DNA of 64,000 bases from Eledone cirrhosa (GCA_964016885.1 OZ024742.1:46314001-46378000); one strand, 5' to 3'; counted from the first letter of the stretch, positions 43,201 through 55,720 are shown. The notes: generated from the sequence alone by a model not told the origin. Made by a program: numbers and translations.

Positions 43201-43817
43201 TTGCATGTAAGAAGCATTGTCACATATCCTATGGTTTTTCGTAGGTCAGCAATCCTTTTTTCTATTTTAGTTATATATGATGGTATTTTTGGTGGTGTTC
43301 TGTTCTTGTTAATATCTCTGCTATCACCAAGATAATGCTTCACTGTCGTTGCTAAGGCATATAAACAGGCGATGATTTGCCAACATTTTGGGATTTTTAT
43401 TCGTCGTAAATATTCATCCCCTATTTCGTCAATAACACGTAATATTTCATTATTTGTTTTTTTTTATTAAACATTGTCGTTCAGCAAGGGAAATGTTTAT
43501 ACATGAATTAATTTCTCTCTGGAAGATTTCGTTGAGGGTAATTTTCAATTGTTTATACTTTTGATTATTATCATTATCGATAGTATTTTCCATAACAATC
43601 GAGATAGACTCGGATGGTACACGTGGTGTCAAATTTCTTCGATTATTATTATTTCTTCGGTTATTATTATTATCGATAGTGTTTTCCCCAGCATTCGAGG
43701 TAGACTTAGATGGTACACCTGGTGTCAAGTTTCTTACAGGCATAGTTGTTTCAAGGCACTGTTGGACCTGGCTGCTAGGAAGTCTAGTAGCATGGCGACC
43801 TGTAACACGTGTTGTGG

Positions 43818-43820
<3 letters not shown>
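40231..43820 (-). mobile_element. Near full-length R4/Dong-like RLE non-LTR retrotransposon in (TACA)n, frameshifted
   Basis: ORFs 43343-43056, 42981-42562, 42562-41606 (WLDYRKAFDSV, GIFQGDSL) and 41558-40485 (CRLC, RHD, RPD, VEISCP); (TATG)n at 40141-40230 and 43821-43878. Confidence 0.9.
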
Positions 43821-43850
<30 letters not shown>

Positions 43851-44247
43851 TGTATGTATGTATGTATGTATGTATGTATAATTAATTAATTTTTGTATTC
43901 TGAAACATCAAAATACAACAATTTTTTGGTCACTGGATTCGGGAATGTCACGACAGAAGTTTGTGGAAGTTACACAAATATTTTAGTATATTTTACCAGA
44001 GCAATCCTTATTTATATTTTACATTTTACATTTACTTACATCTCAATATAACATGGCTAAAATTCAAATTTTGCAAAGAGAAGAAAACGGACAAATGAAC
44101 TAGATACATCTCACTGTCCCCCGCCACCACAATAACGTCTACACTCTCTCCCCATCCACATGTCATTACCCTATCTAGACTAAAGTCATCGACCTGTTGT
44201 CAAACTCTCTACTCTGTGTTGAATGTGTATATATATATATATATATA

Positions 44248-44872
44248 AGTATTGAAATTTCCGTTGAAAACAGAAAAGGTCATAGAAGTGAAGAGTGCTC
44301 TATGTAAGTACCAGAGCAAAATTTAATGTATAAAAATCAATACAATATAATTACCTCATTACCAGAGGTTTCCTGAATGAGGCGAATACGAAAGAAACGT
44401 CTTCATTCGTTCGTCAGACGAGGCAATATAAAACATGGCTAAATACTTGGAAAGTCTCATCAAGAAAAGCAAAAAAATTATATAAATATAGACAAATGAA
44501 TTACAATAGCCATATGAAATATATAAAAATCTTTCAAGAAATATAGTTAGGTGTGTGTATATGTATGTATATACGCTCACAGATGTACATATATGTGTAT
44601 GTACAAATGTATACGTATAGTGAAAAAGTGTGCGTAAATATATATGTTAGGGCAAGTGTATCTGTGTATCTGTAAACTACAGACAGACATGATGTGGTTT
44701 TCTGTTTGGCAGGTACACAGAAAAAATAGGGTAATAGATACATTATAAGAATATGAAGGCACGCGTATAAACACACTCACACGCACGTACACTTATATGC
44801 GGAAGTAAAAGAGGTAAGGGAGTGTAATAATTAAAAGAAAGGTAATTATATTGTATTGATTTTTATACATTA
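44248..44872 (-). mobile_element. Fold-back hammerhead element (family H9)
   Basis: 44325-44355 inverted with 44841-44872; tail 44248-44324; (TA)n flanks. Confidence 0.72.
44354..44423 (-). ncRNA. Type I hammerhead ribozyme
   Basis: CCUCGU-CUGACGA-AC-GAAUGA...UCAUUC-AG-GAAA-CC-ucu-G-GUA/AUGAGG; 6-bp stems I and II. Confidence 0.85.
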
Positions 44873-44884
44873 TATATATATATA

Positions 44885-45800
44885 TAAATGAAAAGTATAG
44901 AAATTGTTGTAGCGAGAAGCTAACAGTATTCCATAACATATAAGTGACTATAGCGTCAAAATGGGAAAATAGTTAACATAAGATATGGGAAAAATAATTC
45001 AGACTCAATTCAAAAGGAATCATGATATAGATTTATCCAACAGAATTTAGAGAAATCCAGGGAAAAATCAATGGAGCCTTAACTCATGATAAAACAAAGT
45101 CTAAAGTACTCAACCTTCAATTTGGGACAACTTCAAATGCTCTGTATAGTCTTGAAAAGACTATTTCACGAAAACTTTCAGTGGGGATGGTCACGATTGG
45201 ATTTCGTTCATCAGCAGAGCTCAACATAGTAACCAAGGTCTCACTGGTAATATGCCAAAAAGGGAATTTAAAAGCAGGCTAGTTTAACATCATGCGTGAT
45301 TCTTAAAATAAACGCACATGTGGAAAAACAGGGCTGGTGACGTCAGAATGAGACAAATGTTTGTTTACATGAAACAACAGTCAAAAACATTCTGAAAGAA
45401 AACTCTACAAAAGGAGTTCAGCAAAAAGCAATATCATCGCGGTCTTTTTTAAAAAAAAATACCGGATTAGTCACAAATAATTTAAGCACTCTAGGAAATA
45501 AATCCAAGTATATATATATAAATGAAAAGTATAGAAATTGTTGTAGCGAGAAACTAACAGTATTCCATAACATAAGTGACTATAGCGTCAAAATGGGAAA
45601 ATAGTTAACATAAGATATGGGAAAAATAATTCAGACTCAATTCAAAAGGAATCAGGATATAGATTTATCCAACAGAATTTAGAGAAATCCAGGGAAAAAT
45701 CAATAGAGCCTTAAATCATGATAAAACAAAGTCTAAAGTACTCAACCTTCAATTTGGGATAACTTCAAATGCTCTGTATAGTCTTGAAAAGACTATTTCA
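44885..45800. repeat. ~285-bp direct repeats (44885-45168 and 45519-45800) flanking a unique spacer
   Basis: Near-identical copies, each starting from (TA)n. Confidence 0.85.
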
Positions 45801-46124
45801 TATATATATGTATATACATTACTCAGTCAAACGACCAGATTTTAACCCCAACATCTACAACACCGGCACTAATGTTTACAGCAACAACAGCTTCAGAATG
45901 AATTGAAATGAACATTTACAACAACAACAACAGCGGCGTCAAACGATAAAAAAAAACCCCACAAACAAACAAAAAACTCAAAATAACAAAACACACACAC
46001 GCACACAACACAACACAACAACAACTGCCACCACCACCACCACCACCACCACCACCACCACCACCACCACCACCACCGCCGCCGCCATCACCATCACCAG
46101 CGACCGGGCCTTAAACAACTTTAA

Positions 46125-46280
46125 TAATAATAATTTTTCTGCTTTTGGCACGGATCCAGCGACTGGTCCAGCGCATTACTGGTACTCTCTTTTGTTGATT
46201 CCGTGGGGATGAAAGGCAAGGTTGACCTCGGCGGGATTTAAGCTCAGAGCGTGGAGAGCCATAGCTCTATGCTGTAAAGC
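46125..46280 (-). mobile_element. tRNA-type SINE
   Basis: GGATGAAAGGCAAGGTTGACCTCGGCGGGATTT. Confidence 0.7.
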
Positions 46281-46559
46281 AATTATAATAATGCTGGACT
46301 GTAATACGAACGGCTTCAACTATACGAACTCTTGAAAGTCAACAGTTGACATAATCTTGTAATCTTGTATCAGTAATGACGGTAATATATATATATATAT
46401 GTGTGTGTGTGTAAGTGAGTAGCGTGTGTGTTTGTATGTATGAGTGTTGCTGTGTGCGCGTGTATGTATGCGTGTGTGTGCGCGCGTATGTATGCGCATG
46501 TGTGTATGTCGTACGTATAAGTGTCAATAAGTGAGGTTTTTTTCTTTTTTTTGCGCGCG

Positions 46560-46820
46560 CGGGAGCTGGATGCCCGATCGCGCAGTTAAACCACTGGCAG
46601 TGAAGAACCCCTAGCCCTTGTCAGGGCATTCTTCTAGGAGAAGGCATCTCAGGAAACTGGGTTAACTCCGACATAAAATCTGCGGCTCAGTAGTTACCGA
46701 TGATGTTGATCTTTTCTTCTTTTCGGGTTATAGCTACTGTCGCTCAGAGAGTGGGATTGGCTCAGTGCACAGTCTTTCCTCACTTTAAAAATATTCGTCA
46801 CGCACAGGCATTGCACGAGT
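46560..46820 (+). mobile_element. Fragment related to the RTE-derived bipartite elements
   Basis: CCCCTAGCCCTTGTCAGGGCATTCTTCTAGGAGAAGG...GAGAGTGGGATTGGCT...CACAGGCATTGC shared with family A. Confidence 0.6.
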
Positions 46821-46841
46821 GTATTAATAATTATTAATAGT

Positions 46842-46895
<54 letters not shown>

Positions 46896-46898
<3 letters not shown>

Positions 46899-49800
46899 CT
46901 TGAATCTCAGTCATTGATGTTGGTTAACTGGAAAGTCCGTTGGATTGAATATCAAGCCACTACCTGCAGCCTCAGATATTCAGGACGTATCGGAGGGTTC
47001 TTGCTGTTCCAAGCAAGCATGCCTTTTGAAGCGTTCCAAAAAGCGTGAAGGGGCCGATTTTCTTTAACCATCCCTGGAAACTTTTGGAGATAGTCCCCAG
47101 TGCGCCTATGACAATCGGGATCACTTTGACTTCATGGCAGTTCCAAATCCTTTTCACCTCCCACTTTAGGTCCTGGTATCGGTTAATTTTCTCCCTCTCC
47201 TTCTCTTGCACTCTCGTGTCGAATGGGCAGGCCACATCCACAATCAGGCACGATCTTTTTTCTTTGTCCACAACCACCAGGTCAGGTCTATTGTGTTCCA
47301 GTTTTTTGTCCGTCTGTATCCTAAAATCCCACAGCACCTTCACCTGATTGTTCTCCATCACCGCCTCTGGCCTATGCTCATACCATTTCTCAGAATGTGG
47401 TACATTGTTTACTTTGCACAGGTGCCAGTGGATCACCCTGCCCATCACATCGTGTCTCCAGCCCTTATAGTGGGTCTGGGCTAGGTGTTTACACTCGGAC
47501 ACAATGTGAGCCACAGTCTCCTCTCTCTCTCCACAGATCCTGCACAGTGGGCTAGCCTCCTCCTTGTAGATATGGTGCTTCAACCACTTCGTTTTGAGGG
47601 CCTGCTCCTGCGCAGCCATTAGCATTCCTTCTGTAGCCTTTTTGAGGTCTCCTCTTCTCAACCAGTTCCATGTCTGTGGATCTCTAAATTCAGTTTTCTC
47701 AAAGAAGGTACTATGAAGGGATTTTCCCTTAAGGCTGCTCTTCCTCCTTGATGTTATTTCCTCCTTGGACATCCCCTGGCCTACTGTCCCCTCCTTCAGT
47801 ACAGTTCTGAGCATTGGCTCCTTACTATAGGTCACGTATTCGTATAGGTTGTTTTTCTCCATCTGAACACAGTCCTCTATGCTGATAAGACCTCTTCCAC
47901 CCTCAGATCTCCTTAGGTAGAGTCTATCGACATCACTCCTCTTGTGGAACATGTTGTAGATAGTCAATAGTTTCCTAGTCTTCCTATCCATTTCTTTTTG
48001 TTCAGCAACATTCCATCTCAGAATTCCCGCACTGTACCTAATAATAGACACAGCTCGGGAATTTACTGCGCTTATGGCATTTCTGCTGTTCAGATGTGAC
48101 TTCAATACGCTCCTTACTCTCCGAATGTATTCAGTTCTTAACAATTCCTTCATTTTTTTGTTCTTTATGCCATCAGCCTCCAGAACGCCCAAATACTTGT
48201 ATCCTTCCTCAGAGTCAATTTCCTTTATCATCTCACCTGTTGGTATCTGGATCCCGTTACTTCTGCTCAACCTACCCCTCTTCATCACAATGACTCCACA
48301 TTTACCAATACCAAACTGCATACATATATCACTGCTGAAAATACGGACAGTGTCAACAAGCACATCCAACTCCTTCTCACCCTTCCCGAAGAGCTTAAGA
48401 TCGTCCATGAAGAGGAGGTGATTGATGGTAAGCTCTCCCCTTCCCAACTTGTATCCTGCTCTCACTTTTCGCAGCATAATGGTCAAGGGCATCAGGGCAA
48501 GGACAAACAACAGAGGGGACAGGCTATCTCCCTGGAAGATACCTCTCTTGATCTTCACGCTTCCCAAGGATACTCCAGTTGATGTCAGCTCTGTCTCCCA
48601 GGACCCCATACTCCTGCCTAGCACCTGTCTGATGTTATCTGCCACCCTGAAGATCTCCAGGCTTTTGGTGATCCAGGAATGAGGCACCATGTCAAATGCC
48701 TTTCTGTAGTCTATCCATCCCATGGCAAGATCAGTGTGTCTCCTCCTGCAATTCCCCATTACCATCTTATCAATAAGCAACTGGTCCTTTGTACCACGTG
48801 ACTTCTTTCGGCATCCTTTCTGTTCGTCCGGTAACAAGTTGTTTGTGTGGAGGTGATGGTAGATTTCCTCAGACACAATGCTCGTCAACAGTTTCCACAT
48901 TACGGGCAGACATGTGATAGGTCTATAGTTGGTAACATCATTACCCTTGATTCGGTCTTTCATTATCAGAACTGTGGTACCTTTTGTCAACCACTCTGGC
49001 ACCTCACCCGACACCAAGCAGTCATTGAACATGGCCGTCAGCTTCGGGTGTAGGGATGTTAAATGTTTAATCCAATACCCCTGCACACCATCTGGGCTTG
49101 GTGATTTCCAGTTGGTTAGTTTTTTGGCTTGCTCCTTAAGAGTTTCAACTGTGATACTCAAATCAGTCTGTTGTGCCTGCTCACCGATCTCCCTCTGTAC
49201 TGTCTCAATCCACCCTGCCTGGGCATTGTGTCTAACATCCTGCTCCCATATTCCTCTCCAGAATGTTTTAGTTTGTTCCGCCCCAGGGATCAAGTCGTTG
49301 CCTCTTTCTTTCCCCTCAAGCTGTCCAAACAGCATCTTCTGGTTGTTGTCGAACATGCGGTTCTGTTTATACTGACTGACTCTGTTCTCGTATCGCCTGA
49401 TTTTTGCACTCTTTGCTACAATGCGTTGCTTCAATTCCTCTATGATAATATTTAGCTTTTTACTCCTAGTTTTGTATTTTATTTCCAGTCTATTTTTAGT
49501 GCCTATGTTTTTTAGTGTCCCATTCAGTAGTGACTCAAGCTTTCCTATGTCATTTCTCATTTCCCCGATTTGCCCACTCAGTCGCTTCTTCCACCACGGC
49601 TCTGCTCTTTCTTGTCTGTTGTTTCCTCTCGCTTTTATACCAAGTAGTTTCCTCACCGTATTTGCTGTTGCTTTGAGGATATTGTTGCACTGGTGAAGGC
49701 TCCTCGCCTCAAGGTATGGGATGACTTTGTTTACCTTAGCTGTTGTTTCTTTTAACTTTTTCCTGTCTACAAATCTTAGGTTCATAGGTCTCCCACTATC

Positions 49801-50490
49801 ATTGTTCAATTCATCTACCACTAAATTTAGGATGTCAACCGAATCTTGTCCTAGCCCGTCAGCATTCATCTCCTCAGTGGCCGTATCTCTGTTCCAGGTA
49901 TTATTTATCTCAGTATTCAGATCATTGTCTGCTTCGGGTGGTTCCTCCGTTCTCAGGACCTCCTCACCTTCATTTCCCACCGGCTCGCTTGTCTGGCATA
50001 CTACACCCGCCATCTCCAAGCCATTCTCTCTGCTCAGTTCCTCCAGTTCCAGCTCGCTTATCCACCCATTAGTTCTTATTACCCGAGCCTGCCCGGCCAA
50101 TTTTTGTTCATCTAATTTAAATAAACCAATCTCGTTCCAGATGTTATGCATCCGTCTCCTGTAGCCCCTCTCCTTGGGGTTACTTTTCAGGTAGCATTGC
50201 ATAACAGTTCTATTCAATTCTTTCGTCCAGTTGGTTCTGGCCCCTTTCCTTCTTCTTCTTCCTCCAACATCAGCAGTATTTGGTTGACAGTCAGGTTCCT
50301 GCTGCTGAGCCAGGGGGCACCTGTTGGGTGAGAGTCTGTCACATGACGTTCTAGTCTCCATTTCACCGTTATTCGAACTGTTTATGTTCGATATTTAAAC
50401 ACTCTTATCGAGGATTGGCGAATGTATAGTTACATAGCCATCTGTGGATCCGCCATCCCACTTGGCCCTTGTGTGGCATTATCGCCACGC
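46896..50490 (-). mobile_element. R4/Dong-like RLE non-LTR retrotransposon, apparently intact, ending in (TAA)n
   Basis: Single ORF, 75-nt 3'UTR, then (TTA)n at 46843-46895; 5' boundary approximate. Confidence 0.88.
46972..50361 (-). CDS. R4/Dong-clade polyprotein: reverse transcriptase, CCHC knuckle, restriction-like endonuclease (1129 aa)
   Basis: YRPITCL, WIDYRKAFD, GIFQGDSLSP, FMDDLKL, YKYLG; CRIC-X7-HIVSEC; RHD; RPDLVV...IVDVACP...KINRY; no stops. Confidence 0.93.
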   Translation of the reverse strand: METRTSCDRLSPNRCPLAQQQEPDCQPNTADVGGRRRRKGARTNWTKELNRTVMQCYLKSNPKERGYRRRMHNIWNEIGLFKLDEQKLAGQARVIRTNGWISELELEELSRENGLEMAGVVCQTSEPVGNEGEEVLRTEEPPEADNDLNTEINNTWNRDTATEEMNADGLGQDSVDILNLVVDELNNDSGRPMNLRFVDRKKLKETTAKVNKVIPYLEARSLHQCNNILKATANTVRKLLGIKARGNNRQERAEPWWKKRLSGQIGEMRNDIGKLESLLNGTLKNIGTKNRLEIKYKTRSKKLNIIIEELKQRIVAKSAKIRRYENRVSQYKQNRMFDNNQKMLFGQLEGKERGNDLIPGAEQTKTFWRGIWEQDVRHNAQAGWIETVQREIGEQAQQTDLSITVETLKEQAKKLTNWKSPSPDGVQGYWIKHLTSLHPKLTAMFNDCLVSGEVPEWLTKGTTVLIMKDRIKGNDVTNYRPITCLPVMWKLLTSIVSEEIYHHLHTNNLLPDEQKGCRKKSRGTKDQLLIDKMVMGNCRRRHTDLAMGWIDYRKAFDMVPHSWITKSLEIFRVADNIRQVLGRSMGSWETELTSTGVSLGSVKIKRGIFQGDSLSPLLFVLALMPLTIMLRKVRAGYKLGRGELTINHLLFMDDLKLFGKGEKELDVLVDTVRIFSSDICMQFGIGKCGVIVMKRGRLSRSNGIQIPTGEMIKEIDSEEGYKYLGVLEADGIKNKKMKELLRTEYIRRVRSVLKSHLNSRNAISAVNSRAVSIIRYSAGILRWNVAEQKEMDRKTRKLLTIYNMFHKRSDVDRLYLRRSEGGRGLISIEDCVQMEKNNLYEYVTYSKEPMLRTVLKEGTVGQGMSKEEITSRRKSSLKGKSLHSTFFEKTEFRDPQTWNWLRRGDLKKATEGMLMAAQEQALKTKWLKHHIYKEEASPLCRICGEREETVAHIVSECKHLAQTHYKGWRHDVMGRVIHWHLCKVNNVPHSEKWYEHRPEAVMENNQVKVLWDFRIQTDKKLEHNRPDLVVVDKEKRSCLIVDVACPFDTRVQEKEREKINRYQDLKWEVKRIWNCHEVKVIPIVIGALGTISKSFQGWLKKIGPFTLFGTLQKACLLGTARTLRYVLNI

Positions 50491-51444
50491 TGTATACGAA
50501 CACACATAAACAAACAAACACACAGGCAGAAAGGCCCCCAAAAATGAAAAAGCATAAGTTTCATTGTAATGTAGTGTTCGAATGTCTGACTTAGTTTTTG
50601 TTTTTTAAGTTTTACTTTTTCCCCCCTCTTCTCTGTCCGTCCGCCTGCTTCCCTCTTCATTCTTATTTTCTTTACGTTTTTGGGGTTTCTTTTTTTGTTT
50701 TTGTTTTTCTCTGTTTGTTTTTCTCGTTTTTGCTGTTGTTGCTGTGTTGCTTTGGTTTTGTTGTTTGTTTTTTCTGTTTTCTTTTGAGTCTATCTATATA
50801 TTTTGATGCCTTCCTCTTTGTTAGTAGTAGGAATTCTATAATGTGGAAGTAGCAGCCAGCAGGGAGAAGTGGGAGACTGCGGCGGTAGCGATACTGAGAC
50901 AGTGGTGGTGGTGATGTCGATACCGAGGCAGTGGTGGCGGTGATGTGCCCGTATTACTGTAGTGATGGTGCTGTAGCGGTGGCAGTAGTGAAGGAGTCAA
51001 GGGGTGGTGGCGGCGGTGATGGGATAGTGGTGGTAATGATGGCCGTAGTGAGCGGTGGCGGTGATGTGAAAATGTCGTTATCTGGCTGTTGTGTTTAGTG
51101 TACACAGATGATGGGGTGGGTGGTGTATCTAGTTTCTGGTGTTGGTGAGTTTAGCTGTCCTATATAGTGTAGCCAGAGGAGAGGAGGGGGGGGTTCTTCT
51201 TCTTCTTCCATTTATAGTCATTTTCTTTTTTGGATATACAGTGTACAATACAGAGTTGAATATTTGAATATTTGAGCCTTATAACAATATATTTTGGGTC
51301 CGAATTTTTTGGGGCTCAAGCCGGGTGCTTTACGTAGCATTTGTACTAAGAGTTGTTATTTCACAAATGGTTTAAATATGTTAAAAATTCAAAACTTACG
51401 GGAGCGGTTTCATGACCTCCGTCACCTCGTGCGTCTTCTTCCCC

Positions 51445-51499
<55 letters not shown>

Positions 51500-51599
51500 G
51501 TTACTATTATTATTACCTTTTTTTTTTTTTTCAATTCAATGATGTTCCAGAACAATATAAAAGAGATAATTGGCAATTTAGGTTCTGGAACAAAAAAGA

Positions 51600-54500
51600 T
51601 AATTGGCAATAAGGGCAGGGGCCCCAGGTTATCACAGCCTGGGCCCGATCGTCATCGTGCCATTGTAATAGAGCCAAACAAGGCATTTAGTCTTGGCTGC
51701 TGGAACGTACGGACGCTGCTTGACAGGGATTCCTTGGAGCGTCCTGAACGAAGGACCGCTCTTGTTGCAAAGGCGCTTCGATGTTACGATCTTGACATCG
51801 TGGCTTTATCTGAGACGAGGTTAGCTGGAGATGGTCATCTTGCAGAATTTTGTGGAGAATATACATTCTTCTGGAAAGGAAGAGATGAAGGAACCAGAAG
51901 AGAGGCTGGGGTAGGATTTGCTGTTAAAACTGTTCTTGTGAATAAATTAGAAGAATTTGTAGTGACCTACATTCCGCGGGCTCACATACATTCTATGTGC
52001 GTGATTTGGCTCAGCTCAGCCAATCAGCGCCAGTAGAAGAGGATGTATCCCTACGCGTTCTGAGGGAGAAATAGCCCGCAAAGATTTGAGGACGCTATGA
52101 CTTCCAGCTAGGCCGTGCTAAGGGATGTAGTGACCTACATTCCGCGGGATCACATACATTCTCTGTGCGTGATTTGGCTCAGCTCAGCCAATCAGCGCCA
52201 GTAGAAGAGGATGTATCCCTACGCGTTCTGAGGGAGAAATAGCCCGCAAAGATTTGAGGACGCTATGACTTCCAGCTAGGCCGTGCTAAGGTAAACACCA
52301 CTTGTTCTTTTGCTCCGCCAGCACAAACGATATGTAACGACACAACAATTTTACTACGGAATTGGCTAAACGCCTCAGCCAGTCGACCGTATTTTCTCTT
52401 GTAATCTTAATTGATTTGTTTTATTTCTCTTGGCATGCCAGCTCAACCTCTGTTAATAAATAATGTAAAACCAAGCTAAAGTCGTTGTCGATATTCCTAT
52501 CATATCTTTCTACCAAACCTGGTTCCTCGTGGCGACATTACAACTCTCTAAATACTATTCTCTACCACATTGGTGACACCTATCCACCAAAAATTCCCAG
52601 TAGGGATTAGTGAGCGTCTTATGTCCATGAGAGTTCCGCTGGACAAAGGAAGATATGCGACCCTGGTGAGTGTGTATGCTCCAACTATGAATTCTGTCGA
52701 TGAAGAAAAAGTGTCCTTTTACCATGCCTTGAAAGGTGTTTTAAGAAATATCCCTCAGGCAGACAAAGTCATCGTGCTTGGTGACTTTAATGCTAGAGTG
52801 GGTAGGGATTTTAACACATGGAATGTAATCGGAAGACATGGGGTGGGAAAGTGTAACAACAATGGTATGCTCCTGCTGCAGATGTGTGAGGAGCTGGATC
52901 TGTGTGTTACCAAAACCATGTTCCAACAAAAGAACAAATTCAAGACCACATGGATGCATCCTGCATCTAAGGAATGGCATCTTTTGGACTACGTCCTAGT
53001 CAGGATGCGTGACCTACAGGATGTGCAGTGTGTTCGTGCTCTTCGTGGAGTTGAGTGCTGGACGGACCACCACCTGGTACGCGCAAAAGTGAAACTAATC
53101 ACTAAAATCCGGGCTCCTGGTGTTGCCCTGCCCAAAAGATTGAATGCTGCTCGTCTTAAGGATAAAAATGTGAAGAGGACATTGGAAGAAGAGATGCAGG
53201 CTGCAGATCTTGGTGAGGATTGGCCGACCCTTAAAAAGTCGGTTTATGATGTAGGCAGGCGTGTTCTGGGATTGGTGCAGAGAAAACATCAGGACTGGTT
53301 TAATGAGAATGATGTACATATAGAAGACTTGTTGGCTGATAAGAGGCGTGCTCTGTCACGCTACTTGACGGCAAAACCACAGGAGAGGAATACGTTGCAT
53401 GAGTAACTCAAGGATGTAAAATCACGTGTTAGGCGGAGTCTTTCTCAGATGAAGGATCAGTGGTGGAGTGAGAAGGCTGGTGAGATACAAACTGCGTCAG
53501 ATTCCAATAACACAAAGTTGTTGTACAGTCTCTTGCGTGAGGTTTATGGACCGTCTTCTTCTCTGATGACACCGCTTCGCAGCAAGGATGGCAAAGAACT
53601 TCTTCGTGACTCACAAGGAATTCTACGAAGGTGGCGAGAGCACTTTGATGATATTTTGAATCAGCCGTCTGTCGTCAGTGAAGATTTCATCAATCTCATT
53701 CCAGAAAGTCCTGTGAAAGTAGCTCTCGCAGAACCTCCGACGCTTGTGGAGGTTGCAGTGGCTATCTCGAAGCTGAACAGTGGAAGGTCTCCAGGTATGG
53801 ATGGCATACATGCTGAGCTCCTACAATATGGTGGTGAGAGACTCCTGCAACATCACTCTTTGTTTGGCAGGATATGGGCTAATGAATCCGTACCAGAGGA
53901 CTGGAGAGATGCAGTAATGGTGGTCTTGTACAATGGAAAGGGTAACAGGAATGATTGTGGGAACTACAGAGGTATATCGTTGCTTTCTGTCGTAGGGAAA
54001 GTTTTATGTAGGGTGCTTCTGGACCGTCTGCTGACACACATTGCAGATTGTTCTTCCTGAAAGTCAATCTGGTTTTCGTGCTGGACGCGGCACTACTGAT
54101 ATGATCTTCTCAGCTAGAAAGCTCCAGGAGAAGTGCATGGAACAAGGCTTGGATCTGTATCAGGTTTTTGTCGATCTGACAAAAGCTTTCGATACTGTTA
54201 ACAGAGATGCATTATGGAAGGTTCTCCAGAAACTTGGTTGCCCTGATAAGTTCCTTGCTTTGGTTAGGTCTTTCCATGACGACATGAAGGCTTGGGTTAA
54301 TGTCGGAGGTAACATGTCGGAGCCTATCTCAGTAAAAAATGGAGTGAAACCGGGGGATATTCCAGCACCGACCCTGTTTGCCATATACTTTGCAATGGTT
54401 TTCTGTATTGCATTCAGGAATTGCAAGCATGGTGTTTACATCCGATATCGAACCTCAGGCAGCATATTTAACATCAGGCGCTTTGCTGCAAAGACAAAAG

Positions 54501-55720
54501 TATTTACATCAATCATAAGAGACCTCTTGTATGCAGATGATTGCGATCTTGTAGCGCACACAGAGAGTGATATGCAGCACATTTTGAATGCATTTTCTGA
54601 CGCTTGCACTGCCCTAGGATTGACTGTCAGTCTCAAGAAAACCGTCGTCATGTACCAACCTGGTAAGCAGTACACTGAACCAAATATCTATGTGTATGGT
54701 AAACGACTTGGAGTGGTTGATCAGTTTGTCTACTTGGGAAGCACTGTCAATCGATACAGCAACCTTGACAGTGAAATCTCACTTAGGATTAGGAAAGCAA
54801 TTGATGCTTTCGGAAAGCTAGAAAGGCGACTCAGGGGTCGGCGAGACATATGCAGGAGGACAAAGGTAAAGGTGTACAAGGCATGTGTGCTCTCTTGTCT
54901 TCTTTATGCCTGCAAGACCTGGGTCACATATCGACACCACCTGAAGCAATTGGAGCGTTTCCATCAGATGTGTCTCAGACGGAACCATGGCGTTCACTGG
55001 AGGGACCACATCAGTGATGTCGAGATTTTGGAAAGCTCTATGTGTGACAGTATAGAAGCTCTTGTGCTTAGGCAGCGACTCCGTTGGAGTGGTCACCTTG
55101 ACAGGATGAAGGATTCTAGAATACCAAAACAACTCTTTTATGGAGAGTTGGTTAAAGGAAAACGACCGCCACATAAACCAAAAAAGAGGTATAAGGACTC
55201 TTTGAAAGCCTCTTTGAAAGACGCTAACATCTCTGCTGATACATGGGAAAATATTGCTGCTGATCGTAATAAATGGAGAAAGACTGTATATGAGGGAAAA
55301 GTTGCCTTTGAGGCATCTCGAATCGCATACGAGAAAGTAAAGCGGGATGTGAGGAAGGGCATTGCTGTTGCACTTCCAGACGGCGAGGGTCCTCCTATGG
55401 TGCTGACATGCAGCGTATGTGCGAGACTCTGCCTAAGCAAAGCTGGACTCGAAAGTCATCTTCGCAGTCACAAAGTAAGACCAGTGGTTGACTACCAGGC
55501 TGCTGTTGGAGATGCTACTCATCATGCTTGCCAAACATGTGGTAGAGAATGTAAATCAGCAGGAGGGCTCAAGCGACATGCAAAAGTACATGAACTCCAA
55601 CCACAGCCGGCTATTCCCAGTGAATGTTTTGGTTGCCGACTCTGTGCAAGACATTTTAGATCATTGGCTGGGTTAAAAAGCCACATTCGATCGCAGCGCT
55701 GTTAGTTGCTATCGTGTGTT
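51600..55720 (+). mobile_element. RTE-like LINE (APE, RT, three C2H2 fingers), disrupted
   Basis: WNVRTL, LSETR, GDFNA, TDH; SPGMDG, YRGISLL, QSGFR, LYADD; CSVC..HLRSH, CQTC..HAKVH, CRLC..H; LTR insertion, stop at 53404, frameshift near 54050. Confidence 0.92.
51958..52591 (+). mobile_element. LTR-derived insertion: partial LTR, full LTR (52126-52569, TG...CA) and PBS-like tag
   Basis: TGTAGTGA...CTACCACA, AATAAA at 52455, followed by TTGGTGAC; 166-bp duplication; AATT on both sides; RTE frame KLEE|FPVG rejoins across it. Confidence 0.8.

Noticed and set aside
50400-50495. HDV-like ribozyme at the 5' end of the Dong-like element
   Set aside because: Could not assemble P1-P4 and J4/2 by hand
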